Of a DNA stretch of 64,000 bases, positions 1-12,000 are shown one piece after another. A program made the position numbers and the translations under genes. The notes under the pieces were generated by a model. It saw only the letters and a list, made by a program, of their open reading frames with translations, did not search any database and had not been told where the DNA came from. Each line of letters starts with the position of its first letter. Position 1 is the stretch's first letter. This stretch comes from Ramazzottius varieornatus (Eukaryota; Animalia; Tardigrada). Location of the stretch: the NCBI GenBank assembly GCA_001949185.1, contig BDGG01000015.1, positions 501,036-565,035 on the forward strand. The letters are read 5' to 3'.

Positions 1-159
1 CTTGCCGTGCCAACGCGTTTATTCGCCTGCTAACATTCCGTCAGATGACGAGGCCCAGTTTGGATTTTCTTTGCAGTTTGTAGTCACCCCCGTTTCTCGG
101 CTGGAAATTTCCTGACAGTGTCTTACTACTCTGTTGTTTTTGTTTTCAGAGCTTCCATC

Positions 160-2766
160 ATGCCTCAGACGAAGCAAAAGGTGAAGCTGGAGGAGAAGAA
201 CCAGAAGATGGTGAATGGCACAGCGGAGAGCGCCGAGGAGAGGCAGATTTTGGACTGGTCGCTTTCCGACGTCAAGGAGTTGCTATCCAAGATGCAAGCA
301 GCCCTACCTCGTAACGATCGTGTGAGCTTCGCTAAACGTGTCACGAAGCTGAAATGGGAGGAAATCACAGCTGGAGAACACTCGGCGGAAGAATGTCGAG
401 CACAGTGGGACAAGATCGTTAAAAATGTGAGTGAGCCATAGCGGGAAAATGTTGCATACAACTTGACGGCGCGCCAAATTTAGTCCTTGGACCAGGGTAT
501 GCTGGACCATAGGGACAATTGGTCAAGCTGTCTTCCTTTCGCGCAGCTCGAATTTTATCTTCCTTTGCACATTTTAGGTTCGGACGTTCCGAAATCTCTC
601 CGAGATTTTGCAGGATGCAATGACGTGGGTGAATGATCCACAAAGTAGCGTCATACCGAAAGAGGTGAGCTTTGTTCTTTTGTACAGCGTGGCTCACGAC
701 AGGATTTAATGAAATTCGGACGCCTTTGCTGTGAGTGTGGCATGACGTCAAGCATATTCACCGCTCGGTGGCTGTTTTCCGTTATTTGGACGTTGGCCGT
801 GTTGTCATAAAGCGTTATGTGATGGCCCCAATGGTTTTTCGTTTCAGACTTTTCCAGACTATCCCAAAATGCCGCTGGCTCAGTTCATGAAATATAAAAA
901 CAAGATCTACGGAAAGCTAAAAGCAAAGTATCCAGAACTGGATGTTGCGGGACTGAATCAGAAGATTAGAAAGCGTTTCGAGAAACTATCGGAGGAAGAA
1001 AAGGTCTTTTTAATCCTAAGCGCATTAGCCTTGTGAAATTTTGAGCCGTTGGCTTTTCTTTCAGAATCAAATGAACGAAGAGTACAAAGCAGAAATGGAC
1101 GAGTACCATCGTCAACTGGAGATCTTCAGGAAGAACCATCCTGAGTACGCGGTCCAGCCAAAAGGCTCAAAGGGACATGGGAACGTCAACGGTAAACGAA
1201 CGAGAGGTCCCAGAAAGTTGCGTGGACCGGACCTCCCCAAAACTCCTTTTGACATGTACTTCCAAAGCCGAGCAACAGACGTCGAGCCGGAAGTAAGTCC
1301 TTGTTTGGATCGGATAATCTGTTAAGAATTCGTTTCCAAGTTTCAGCCAGTAACATCGAAAATGTGCGGCACTTGGGCAAACAATCACACTGGACCAGAT
1401 CGGTCTCATCAAGTGGCGCACTGTTCCAGCTAGTGGTACCGAAATAGTGCGTCAGTGTGGTGAACCATCTTTTCGACTTTGTCTGCTGTGGTCCATGTAA
1501 CGAACGTGGACTGTTGGCTATTGTAGACGGATACGAAAGCCCTGAAAGAGACGTTAAAGGCGAAATGGGATGGAATGAGTGACAAGCGAAAGACCAAGTA
1601 CATCGAGCAGGCTATAGCAGACCAGAAGCGCTACAAGGAAGAACTGGCCAAGTTTTCAGAAGAGCATCCAGAATTTGTTGTCAAGAGGCTCAAGCCGCGA
1701 GTTACTAAAGCTGATAACAAGGTTCTTTCGGAGACATACGGGCGACCAAAGATGCCAGCCGGTCAGAATGGCTACTCTACGTTCTGCGCTGAATACCATC
1801 AGCAACATGGCAATGAACCTCGTGCCGAAGGAAACAAGTCGTGGATGAAAGACGCTGCTGATGCCTGGAAAGCTTTGTCGAATGAAGAGAAGAGTGAATA
1901 TCAAACCAGGATCAAGAAGGTAACGTTCCTCAAATCTTCTTGGGACATCGCCAAACACACTGGAGCAGATTTGTTTCTCCAGACCGCGCACGCTTCCAGC
2001 CGATAACACTGATCGCATGCGCCGCTTGGGCAGAACGGTTTGGTCGAGTTTGTTGGCCGAGCGCCCATATCTTCTTGAACACCAAGTAAATTTCTTTCTG
2101 TCAGGAATGGGAAGATTACCGAGCTGAGTGCGAAGAATATCTATCAAATGTTCCCGAAGAACGTCGCGAAGAGGAGAGGGCGATTCTGAAATGCGAACCG
2201 CCGTCAAATAACTCGAACCGAAACAGTAAACGAAAGAGAAATGCATCGCTGGGCAGCCCAACGAGCGAATCGGGAAAGGTAAGTCGAGCATCCGTCTAAA
2301 TGCTTTGCTCGGTGTTAGGTTTCTGAACCTCTCTTTCCTTCCTAGAAGACTCCAAAGAAAGGACCAAGTGGTCGAGCGATCTTCATGCTCGACAACGAGA
2401 CGAAGTTCCAGGAAGAAAACCCCGAGGCGGATCCGAATCAGCTGAAGAAGCTGATGCACAAAGCTTACGACAAGCTGTCAGTCGGCGACCAGGTAAAAAG
2501 CGTTGAATAATTTCCGCGGGAACTGAACGAAGAACGTGGGTTACAACGAGTGTAGTAGGGGTTTACTGGCCGACCATAGTTTAGCCTTTTATTGGTGATT
2601 ACGACTTGGAGAGACAGCGGAAGATCGTATAGAGTATTATTAGCAGACATCATTGAGGAGAGCTGAACGAGCAAAGGAAGAACTGGCGATCAAGAAGCTA
2701 GAAAGATGTAGAAGAGTCGAGATTATGATTATAGTAGGTCAAGGCAGGCGATTGAGAAAAGCGTGA
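160..2766 (+). CDS. Multi-HMG-box protein, nucleolar transcription factor UBF-like (multi-exon; 3' end uncertain)
   Basis: Exons approx 160-426, 578-664, 848-1003, 1065-1292, 1527-1919, 2105-2278, 2346-2492 with GT-AG borders. N-terminal DWS...LL..MQAALP..D...F......L.WE and FPDYPKMPL resemble UBF; repeated HMG boxes (PKTPFDMYF, PKMP..NGYSTF...AADAWKALSNEEK). Last exon (~2647-2766) is tentative. Confidence 0.7.
1331..1475. repeat. N25 palindromic element, degenerate 2-unit copy (UBF intron)
   Basis: AAGTGGCGCAC-N25-GTGCGTCAGTG at 1411, plus an upstream half unit. Confidence 0.7.
1941..2067. repeat. N25 palindromic element, single unit (UBF intron)
   Basis: TGGG...CCCA fold-back flanked by AATCTTCT/TATCTTCT. 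Confidence 0.8.
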
Positions 2767-3303
2767 TGACTACGCTTGAGTTAGTCAGAGTTACAGTATG
2801 ATCGAAATAACTCTGTTACACGAAGGACTTTTTTGCAGGCTATCTTTGAGGAAAGAGCTCATCGATTGTCATTCCTCGGATAAACTCGCACTTTGGTGAT
2901 TCTCCTCCGCCTTTGTAAAGTTGTAGTTTTTCTTTAAAGTTATTTTTTGTACTTGAAAGTCTGGAAGCGATTTTAGTCTCGTTTCGTGTTTTCTTGTTTG
3001 TTGTTAGCTGTTCATCTGGTCTATTCGGACAAAAAGGGCAGTATTTTGCGGTGTTACCCTCACGGATGTTGTTCACTCTTTATTCCATAGTTCCGATTTT
3101 TCGCCAAGTCGCTCTTCATCTGAAGACTTATTTTTCCTCTAGCTTCTTGTTTCCAAATCTTTTATGAAGTTGTATTCGTTTAGCGAAAATCACGCTGGAA
3201 TATTTCTCCAGTCCGGAAAGTTTAATGATAGACGTTAAAATTCAATTGAAAATAAATGACGGGCAAAAGCTTTGAATATTCGTTTTAAATTCTAAAATAC
3301 AAT

Positions 3304-4185
3304 TTATTTGTGCGAAGATGGCAAGTGATCTTTCGGTGGGTTCGTCGACGAGATTAGTACACCGGGTGTTGAGCCATGGCCTTTGGAGTCTGGAATGGAG
3401 ACGTTAGTGGCCACCAAGGTCTTGCCGGTGGGGTCGTTCTTGTCGAGACCTTGTCTGTACTGCCAGATACGGTACAGCTGCGAAAAGCCTGTAGCCGCCA
3501 CGAACATGTTCACACCAAAGAGACTCCAGTTCTTGGGTATTATCACCAGCGCGTAGCGCGACCAAATCGTACCTGCATGATCCAGAAAGCAGCTTACGTT
3601 AGTTTCAGATGTGTTTCATTGCTTCCTCGTCCTTGACACGGAGAAACTTACCGGTAAGTGCGAGTGCCAGGGACTGATTGAAACTGAGTTTTTCAGCAGG
3701 TCGAGCTGCATCTGCTAGTCCGGCTATTACCAGTGCCTGTAAAATAGACAAAAGTCGAAATCACAGTTGTAACACGGAAAGAATTTGACAAAGGCGCCAC
3801 CGAAGTGGATGTTAGGCACGTCTTACCGAACGGCCCACCACACATCGTCAAAAGTGAAATGGGTGGCGAGATAGACAGCCTACCATGCAATCCTATCTGA
3901 TTATCTCGCATCCTCCGTTTCTGCACCCTGAAGGTATCTCTTCGTAACGCGTACCACTTACCCATTTGCCAAGCGGAGCCCAGAAGTGGATGGTCTTGGG
4001 ACCTGTAAGGGAGCATATCACAATGCGTCTGCTGACAGCTACTCCGTCAAGATAACTGCATAAAGCAAACCAGCTAGATTCTAGAATGATCTTCACGCAC
4101 CTGCAGGATGCTCCCATAGTGGGCGTAGGCTTTGTGGAACAAATTTTTCCGCAGAAGAGACAAGACCTCGGTAAATGAGGGACAT
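3304..4185 (-). CDS. MPC2: Mitochondrial pyruvate carrier 2 (4 exons)
   Basis: Spliced translation MSLIYRGLV...LRPLWEHPAG/PKTIHFWAPLGKW/GLVIAGLAD..RPAEKLS..QS.AL.LTG/.IWSRYALVIIPKNWSLFGVN is the MPC2 signature. Exons approx 4185-4101, 4003-3962, 3743-3652, 3572-3304. Confidence 0.93.
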
Positions 4186-4605
4186 CTTGACAGAGTACCT
4201 TCTTCAGCAAAATCCTGTCATAACTCGCAAGGTTAGCAACCCAAGTGGTACTACAGGTTCAATACGCAGCGCTGGGTGTGACAGCTGACGAGCGCTCGGT
4301 CTCAAACCTTTACACGTAGTTCTACACTGTGATTGCCAGTGATCGACTGCAAGATAAAATTCATAAGAAATGCATAAAAGACGACGGGGTAAATTCACTC
4401 GGAGTCGGTGAAGGGCGGCGCCCTGGGCGCAGAGAAATATTTTGGGAACCAAAAACCAAACAGCGCGAATATTATTCGGAAAAATGTGACTTGCGACTGC
4501 TTCTTCTCACCAATGCTCTGTCTCTGTTCGCTTGTTTTGTAGGTACCGAGGACAGATCGAAAACGTGGATCCCTGAACTGCAGCGGCTGTAATCGGCAAG
4601 GTGAC

Positions 4606-7600
4606 ATGTCGACGCGGCGTCCGTTCAACCGAGGTGGAGTTGGGGATCGCGGTGGCGGTGGTGGAAGGGGCAGAGGAGGCTCAAACGGGTCTGGCGCTGG
4701 CTCACCTTCCACCAACAATGGCTTTCGAGGACGAGGGAACTTGTCTGCTGCATCTGCGCAACGAGGTGGACGAGGCTTCAACGGCTACAACAAGGCGGCT
4801 GCCGATGCCACACCGACCTTCGCTACGCAGTATACCAAGGGAAACAACAAGCGTCAAGCTGAAGATGACGATATGGACGTCGATTTCGACATGGATCAAG
4901 ACATGGATGACTACATGGACATGCTGGAAGATGACGCCATGGCTGGAGAATCGACAGGTAACCGAAACTACCTGAAAAAGGGAATGGAATGGTCGTTATT
5001 CCAAACCTGAAACCTTGGCGTGTATTCGCGCATGGTGTCAGTGCGTTGAAGGGGAACGGCCTTATCATCTATGCGGAACGTACGCTTTTATGACGTCATG
5101 CGTTCATGCGAAGTATATGGTTCGAGTTGATTGTTGATTGATCGGTATTTAAAGCCTGTTGTTTGCAACAGGTGCAGCTGGGCCGGCGAACCTTGCCACA
5201 ACCGCTCGATGGAGTCGTCCTGCCTTCAAAGAAGTGAATCCAGCTAGGGACGCATTAGCTTTTCAGCAGATCGACCTCGACCACTACATCGACAATCCAC
5301 TCCCCGCGTTCGAGAAATTCAAAGGACCGACGCCGAGCACGAGAATGTTCGGTGTGACGATGGATGGACAGAGCGTTCTGTGCCATGTACATGGCTTCCG
5401 ACCGTACTTCTACGTCGAAGCACCACCTGGCTTCCGAGAAGAATACCTCAGCAAATTCATGGTACGATACTACGGTCGATCCAACGTGATTACAAAGAAC
5501 ACGATTATAAAGATGCTAGGGAAACAAAGTCGATCAGATCCTTTTCTCAAGCGACGCACGCTCCCAGCTAAACTTACTGACATCGTGCGCCGCTTGGGCA
5601 ACGACATGGCCGACTTTGTTTGCCAAGCTTTCACAATGACGTTCGTCATATTTTGCAGGATTCCTTGAATAGTCATCTTCTACCAGAACAGACCATCGCA
5701 CGCGCTCTTGGTTCCGGCCCAAATTCCTCTCGTTCGGCTGTCCTCGAAGTCAAGATCGTCCAGAAGCAGAACATGTACGGATACCACGAAGACGGCAAGA
5801 AGGATTTCCTCAGGATAACCCTGGCACAACCGCGTTTCATCGCCGCTGCGAAACGTACGGTCGAACATGGCTTCGCGTGGATGCCTGGGACTGCTCCTAC
5901 GCCATTCACGTCGTTCGAAACCAATGTCGATTTCGAAATTCGCTTCATGATCGACGCGAAGGTAAGAAAATTCCACTGCGAAAACTTCCGGAATTCTTAA
6001 AACTTTGATAACGAACTCAATAAGCTTCATTTTTCCAAGTGGCGCACCCTTCCAGCTGACAACACTGTAAACGGCAGCGGGGAAAACGATGTGGTCGGGT
6101 TTGTTTTCCGGGTTTCAGTTTTGTCTGTCATTGTTTGCTTCTCATAGGTTTATGGATGCAACTGGATCGAACTTCCGGCAGGCAAGTACTCTCTCAGAAA
6201 TAAAGATAGAGCTGTAGGGACACCAGCTCCGATTTCGAGGTGTCAGCTGGAAGCGGACGTCGACTGGGAGGATATGATTTCCCACGAACCAGAAGGCGAA
6301 TGGAGCAAGGTGGCGCCGCTACGGATCTTGAGTTTCGACATCGAGTGTGCTGGCAGAAAAGGCATCTTCCCCGAACCTGAAACCGATCCAGTCATCCAGA
6401 TAGCCAGCATGGTCCAGCTTTACGGAGCGGGCCAACCGTTCATCCGGAATGTCTTCACGCTGAAAACATGTGGGAGCATCATCGGCGTCGACGTAAGAAA
6501 AGCAACCAGCAAAGAAATTTCACAATTTTACTTTGGAGTGAAAACGAAATATTCTCCTGAAACGAGAAACAGATTTAGAGCTCGGTAGACAGAGTTGACA
6601 AGACTGTTTCCCCAGGTTGCGCACGTTTTCAGTGGTATTCGCTGGATGTGTGCGCCACTTGGAAAAACGATCTTGAGTTTGTCTGCCCAATTCTTCCCAG
6701 TTCGTTCGATGATAAAGTATTGGGTTGCAGGTCAAGTCTTTTGAGACAGAAGAAGAACTTTTAGAGAAATGGGCGCAATTCGTCCGTGAAGTCGATCCGG
6801 ACATCATTACCGGATACAATATCCAGAACTTCGACATTCCCTACCTCATCGACCGCGCTCGCAGTCTAAAGTGCCGGACCTTCGCCTTCCTTGGTCGCAT
6901 CACGAACAAAGCCAGTGCCATCAGGGAAGCCATGATCCAGTCCAAACAGATGGGTCGAAGAGAGAACAAGTACTGCAACATCGAAGGTAGGGTAGTCTTT
7001 GATCTGCTGCAGATCTTGCTGAGGGACTACAAGCTAAGGTCGTACACCCTCAACGCTGTCAGCTACCATTTCTTGCAAGAACAGAAAGAAGACGTTCATC
7101 ACTCCATCATCACGGATCTGCAAAACGGCAATGAGCAGACGAGAAGACGGCTGGCCGTCTACTGTCTGAAGGACGCGCTGTTGCCGCTGAGACTGATCGA
7201 CAAGCTGATGGCGCTGGTCAATTATATGGAGATGGCCAGAGTGACGGGGGTTCCCTTGACTTATTTGTTATCCAGAGGACAGCAGATCAAAGTCGTTTCT
7301 CAACTCCTTCGAAGGTATGATAAGTACCCTAAGAAGGATTTTTCACGATGGCTTTTTCTTGTTCTTGGAATTTGCAACATTTGAGCAATGGGCAGAGTGC
7401 CATTGCCGACGTATTGTTATAAAAGTGGCAAATCAATCAATCGACAATCCGGACGGGGTCGTAAGGCGGTACAATCAAAGGCCTTGATTGGTACTTCCGG
7501 TGCAACCAGCTGTTTACCTCGTACACTTGCAACAAGTGTTTTTACGGCATTTCGCTTTCTCCAGTGATATTTTATGNNNNNNNNNNNNNNNNNNNNNNNN

Positions 7601-10600
7601 NNNNNNNNNNNNNNNNNNNNNNNNNNATTGCCGAAGTATCACATAAAACATCACTGGAGAAAGCGAAATGTCGTAGAAACACTTGTTGCAAGTGTACGAG
7701 GTAAACAGCTGGCTGCACCGGAAGTACCAATCAAGGCCTTTGATTGTACCGCCTTACGACCCCGCCCTGATTGTCGATTGATTGATTTGCCACTTTTGCA
7801 ACAATACTTCGGCAATGGTAGATCAGTAAGGCGTGGCTAAATTGAGAAGTATGGAGTGGCAACGAGATAAAAATTGCCCTTAATCGATCAATCAAGATTG
7901 TCAAAGTTAGAGATTCTGTGCCTTCATTGGTCGTCTAAGAATATTCTTTAATTTCATGCCCCGCTCTGTATGATGTCATCGGCCGCGCCTTACTGATCTA
8001 CTCTGCCCACTGCTCATTTTGACACGCCTGCAGGAAGCGGCTGGTAGTCGTCACAGTGTGCTGTATGTATGTGCATCCTGACTTCACCAGTTGCGCACCC
8101 TCTGATGGTTGCTCGTGCACCTGCATACTTTGGATCTCACGGTGGTGTAGCGATTTGTATGTATGTACATGATAGGGCGGGAAAATCTTCGGTTTTAGTT
8201 TGTGAAGTCTTCTTTCGGGGATATTCTGTAACTAATGTTTTGGTTACAGGGCAGCGCAGGAGGATTACGTGATGCCGAACGTGCCGACCAGTACAGGTGA
8301 CGAGTTCACCGGAGCCACGGTCCTCGACGCCAAGGCCGGATACTACCCAAAGCCCATCGCCACGCTGGACTTCGCCTCGCTGTACCCCTCTATCATGCAG
8401 GCCTGGAACCTCTGTTACACTACCTGCATCTTCAAGGGCACCCTGAACAAGATGAAGACGATCGATTCTTCCAACTACGTCACCACACCCACTGGCGACG
8501 TCTTCGTCAAGAAGGAAGTCCGTAAAGGCCTCTTACCTGACATCCTTGAACATCTCCTGACAGCACGAAAGACAGCCAAGAAAGATCTAGCAGTGGAGAA
8601 AGACCCATTGAAGAAGATGGTGCTGGATGGTCGGCAGCTGGCGTTGAAGGTTAGCGCCAACTCCGTTTACGGTTTCACAGGTAAGAATACAGTGGAAGAC
8701 CCGAAACATCTTACACTTGCATACAAGGTGTCGCTTTGTTGGCTTTGTGAACTACAATGCAGGTGCGTGCCTGTCTTCTACCTGCATATACCTTCTGGCA
8801 TGTTTAGCTTTGTGCGTTGGTATGCAGGTGGGTGAAATTTTCGTGTTTGCTACGTGAATTGAGTTTTTCTGGAAAGTTTTATCGTGAATGTTTTTTTCAG
8901 AGGAACATAAGAGTGTTTTTTTTCCCAGGTGCACAGGTAGGAAAGCTTCCCTGTCTAGAAATTTCCGGCAGTGTGACCGCCTTCGGCCGTATGCTGATCG
9001 ACAAGACCAAAGACGCTGTCGAGAACCTCTTTCCCGTTGCGATGGCCAAAGAGGGCAAGGAGGTGAAGGTGGAGGTAATCTATGGAGACACAGACTCGGT
9101 CATGGTTAACTTCAACAAAGACAACCTGGTGGAGACGATGGACCTGGGTCGGAGGGCGGCGGAGTTCGTGACGGCGGAACTGAACAGACCACCCATCAGG
9201 CTGGAATTCGAGAAGGTCTACTTCCCGTACTTGCTTATTAGCAGGAAACGGTACGCTGGACTGTACTTCACGAAACCGGACAAGCACGACAAGATGGACT
9301 GCAAAGGTAAGTTTTCCACATCGAAACGAGTAACTCGGGAGTAAATATTGAAAGGTGTATCAGCCTTCTGCGTACACAATATGGCATGTTTAGCATGCAC
9401 GTATGTATGCAAGTGCTTGACATGGTCTTCCTTCACGATTCACAAACCACCGAAGTCTTTTGTAGCAGTCATACTGCATACACGGTGTGTTAGGTATAGC
9501 ATGGGGTTTATGGATGTAGGCGCCCGAAATTGTCTCGCTTTTTGAATTTGTTTTGCGGTGAGCCGTTCAAGGACCTGAGTACACGATGTGACAGCTTAGC
9601 CCTGGGTCCGTGTATGCAGGTGGCTGGAAGAATTGTCTTTTTCAATAATTTTCCTTGATTAAACTGAAATAGTTTGTGAATTAATTCAGTGGTTTGTTTT
9701 TGGCAGGAATTGAGACTGTGAGAAGGGACAACTGTCCGCTCGTGGCCAACCTGATCGACATGTGCCTGCAGAAGCTGCTGATAGATCGCGACAAGGAAGG
9801 CGCCATCAACTACGCCAAGCAGACCATTTCCGACCTTCTCTGCAACCGAGTGGACATCAGCCAGCTTATTATCACGAAAGAACTGACCAAAACCGACAAA
9901 GAGTACAAGGGCAACCAAGCACACGTGGAACTGGCTAATCGAATGAAGAAACGCGATATGGGCAGCGCACCCAACTTAGGTAGAATGTGGGAGCTCAGCA
10001 AGCAAACTCGACAAACTCTCTTTTCCAAGTGGCGCACGTCGTCAGCCAATAATACTGAAAATGTGCGCCACTTGGGAAGACAATCTTGTCGAGTTTGTTT
10101 GCTGAGTTTCTCAACCTCTTCCATTCCTCAGATAGGAAAGCAGTAAGCGAGTGAGTTGCTGTAACTGACAGTGTTTGCCGTAGGCGATCGAGTGCCGTAT
10201 GTCATCGTTGCCGGCGACAAGAAGGAAGCGGCTTACAAGCGATCCGAAGATCCCATCTTCATCCTCGAAAACAACATTCCCATTGACACCCAGTACTACT
10301 TGGAAAACCAACTGTCCAAGCCACTCATCCGAATCTTCGGACCAATCTTGGGTAAGACTTCATTGCTTTGAAACTCTTTCGATCACAAAAAAAGAAAGAG
10401 ACCAATAAGAAAAAGTGATATCGGGACCGATTTCGAATTTTATTCAGTAAAATCAGACAGAGATCGTGATCTACAGAATCTTGTACCAGTAACCTGATAT
10501 CGCGCTTTCCGGAAATGCTATTCGGACAGACAGGCAGGTAGAAAAAACATTTGCGGTATGTGGGTCTACATCGTTTGGTTGAAAGAGAGCGCTTCTAGCG

Positions 10601-11496
10601 GACTAGTTTTCGAAAGAGCGAATCAGTATATTCGCAACTTACAACGAGCTACTGTCTCCTGAACTTCGGAAGGGACAGCGGCCTATGTATGCTGCGAAGA
10701 TACTGGACCAAGTTCCTAACCAAAGACATACGAAGACCGGTAGAGACCGCATTATGCCATCGGGAACCTCGGCCAACAAACTCGACCAGATCGTTTCCCT
10801 AGTGGCGCACGTTTACAGTGCTATTGGCTGAAGCCTGCTCCACTTGGAGAAAAAAACGATCTTGTCAAGTTGGATTACTTACTCAAGTGGCGCACTTTGT
10901 CGATGTTATTGGCTGTGACGTGCGCTAGTTGGGATAACGATCTGGTCGAGTTTGATAATTTTGTCAGCCGAGCTCCCATATGCATACGGCAGCTGCTATT
11001 CGTAGCGCAGTAAGGGAAAGAATGAGCCATAATCTGCACTGGTAACCGTGAAAAGTAACCGGACAAGGAAGATGTCTGAACCTTTGACTGTTTTGTAGGA
11101 AGCGAAGAGAAGGCCGAGTCGATCCTGCTTCGCGGTGATCACACGCGCACCAAGTCGATCGTGACTTCGCGCACCGGTGGACTGGCGGCCTTCGTCAAGA
11201 CGCGCGTCTCTTGCGTCCAATGCAAGGCCGTCCTAACCAACGAGAACGACGCCTTGTGTGACTACTGCAAGAAGGACGCCTCCAAGATTTACCAGACGGT
11301 AGTGGCTGACCTCAGCAGTTTAGAAGAGAAGTTTGCGCGCATGTGGGTGCAGTGTCAGCAGTGCCAAGGCAGCCTCCACCAGGATGTCCTCTGCAGCAAC
11401 CGTGACTGCACCATCTTCTACATGCGCAAGAAGGCCCAAAAGGACGTGACCGAACAGGAAAAGGTGGCCCGTAGATTTGACACTGTCGATTGGTGA
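4606..11496 (+). CDS. POLD1: DNA polymerase delta catalytic subunit (family B), 10 exons
   Basis: Exo I SFDIEC, Exo [14 protein letters not shown], region [13 protein letters not shown], region [15 protein letters not shown], region I YGDTDS, C-terminal CysA/CysB (CVQC...C..C; CQQC...C..RDC.IFYMR). Exons approx 4606-4957, 5172-5461, 5660-5961, 6147-6492, 6731-7314, 8250-8680, 8929-9306, 9707-9979, 10183-10351, 11099-11496. Confidence 0.97.
5514..5628. repeat. N25 palindromic element (POLD1 intron 2)
   Basis: AAGCGACGCAC-N25-GTGCGCCGCTT with AAACAAAGTCG/CGACTTTGTTT arms. Confidence 0.85.
6030..6112. repeat. N25 palindromic element, partial (POLD1 intron 3)
   Basis: TTTTCCAAGTGGCGCAC plus spacer; right arm decayed. 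Confidence 0.65.
6576..6696. repeat. N25 palindromic element (POLD1 intron 4)
   Basis: GAGCTCGG...AGGTTGCGCAC-N25-GTGCGCCACTTGGAAAAACGATCTT. Confidence 0.9.
7382..8016. mobile_element. Nested non-autonomous TIR elements in POLD1 intron 5, spanning an N gap
   Basis: Outer TIR TGAGCAaTGGGCAGAGT[..]AGATCAGTAAGGCG vs CGCCTTACTGATCTACTCTGCCCACTGCTCA. The left TIR is interrupted by an inner element 7400-7818 whose ~175-bp arms are near-perfect inverted repeats (CCATTGCCGA...TCGGCAATGG), followed by TA. Confidence 0.8.
9988..10112. repeat. N25 palindromic element (POLD1 intron 8)
   Basis: Near-consensus copy; core 10027-10073. Confidence 0.92.
10761..10978. repeat. N25 palindromic element, 2 units (POLD1 intron 9)
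   Basis: Cores at ~10800 and ~10884; ends GAGCTCCCA. Confidence 0.88.
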
Positions 11497-12000
11497 TAGA
11501 GTGTAACTTCTCAGTGGTCTCTCAATACAAGTGGGAGTTTTGCCTCTGTGAACTTTTATTACGCACTCAACTTTTGTGCTGCTTTTCCTTCTTTTATCTA
11601 CTTTAATTCTGTGATTTGACGAACACAGTAAAAACTTCAGTTACATCGGTAGATAGATATTTATTGAGCTTCGACAATCTAGTCAGCGGCCTCCTCGATC
11701 ATCGGAGGATAAAGGAACATACGACACTAAAGTAAAGTTACGCTGTGGCTATGCCGTAGGCATTGTACAATGATGGAGTTTGTTTTAGGGCAGGTTGTAT
11801 TATTTGAGCGCCTCTCGGAAATCAAACTTTACACGTCAGGAACGGCAGTGTTCAAGGCAATTCTTCGCACGGTTTTCTTACGGGTAGAAAGAGGCAAATC
11901 AATGAACATCGAAGACATTGGGAAAGCAGTGGCCGAGAAACAGCTAAAAGCCGGAGCTCTTTGGGCGCTGTGCGGGCGGGAAAAAGGTTCGAAGTTTGGT

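Noticed and set aside
1656-2459. 267-aa minus-strand ORF
   Set aside because: Antisense to UBF-like exons and crosses introns; no recognisable motif.
9980-10182. Palindrome family as introner elements that create introns
   Set aside because: Elements lie at variable distances inside introns, do not supply the GT/AG ends, and also occur intergenically.
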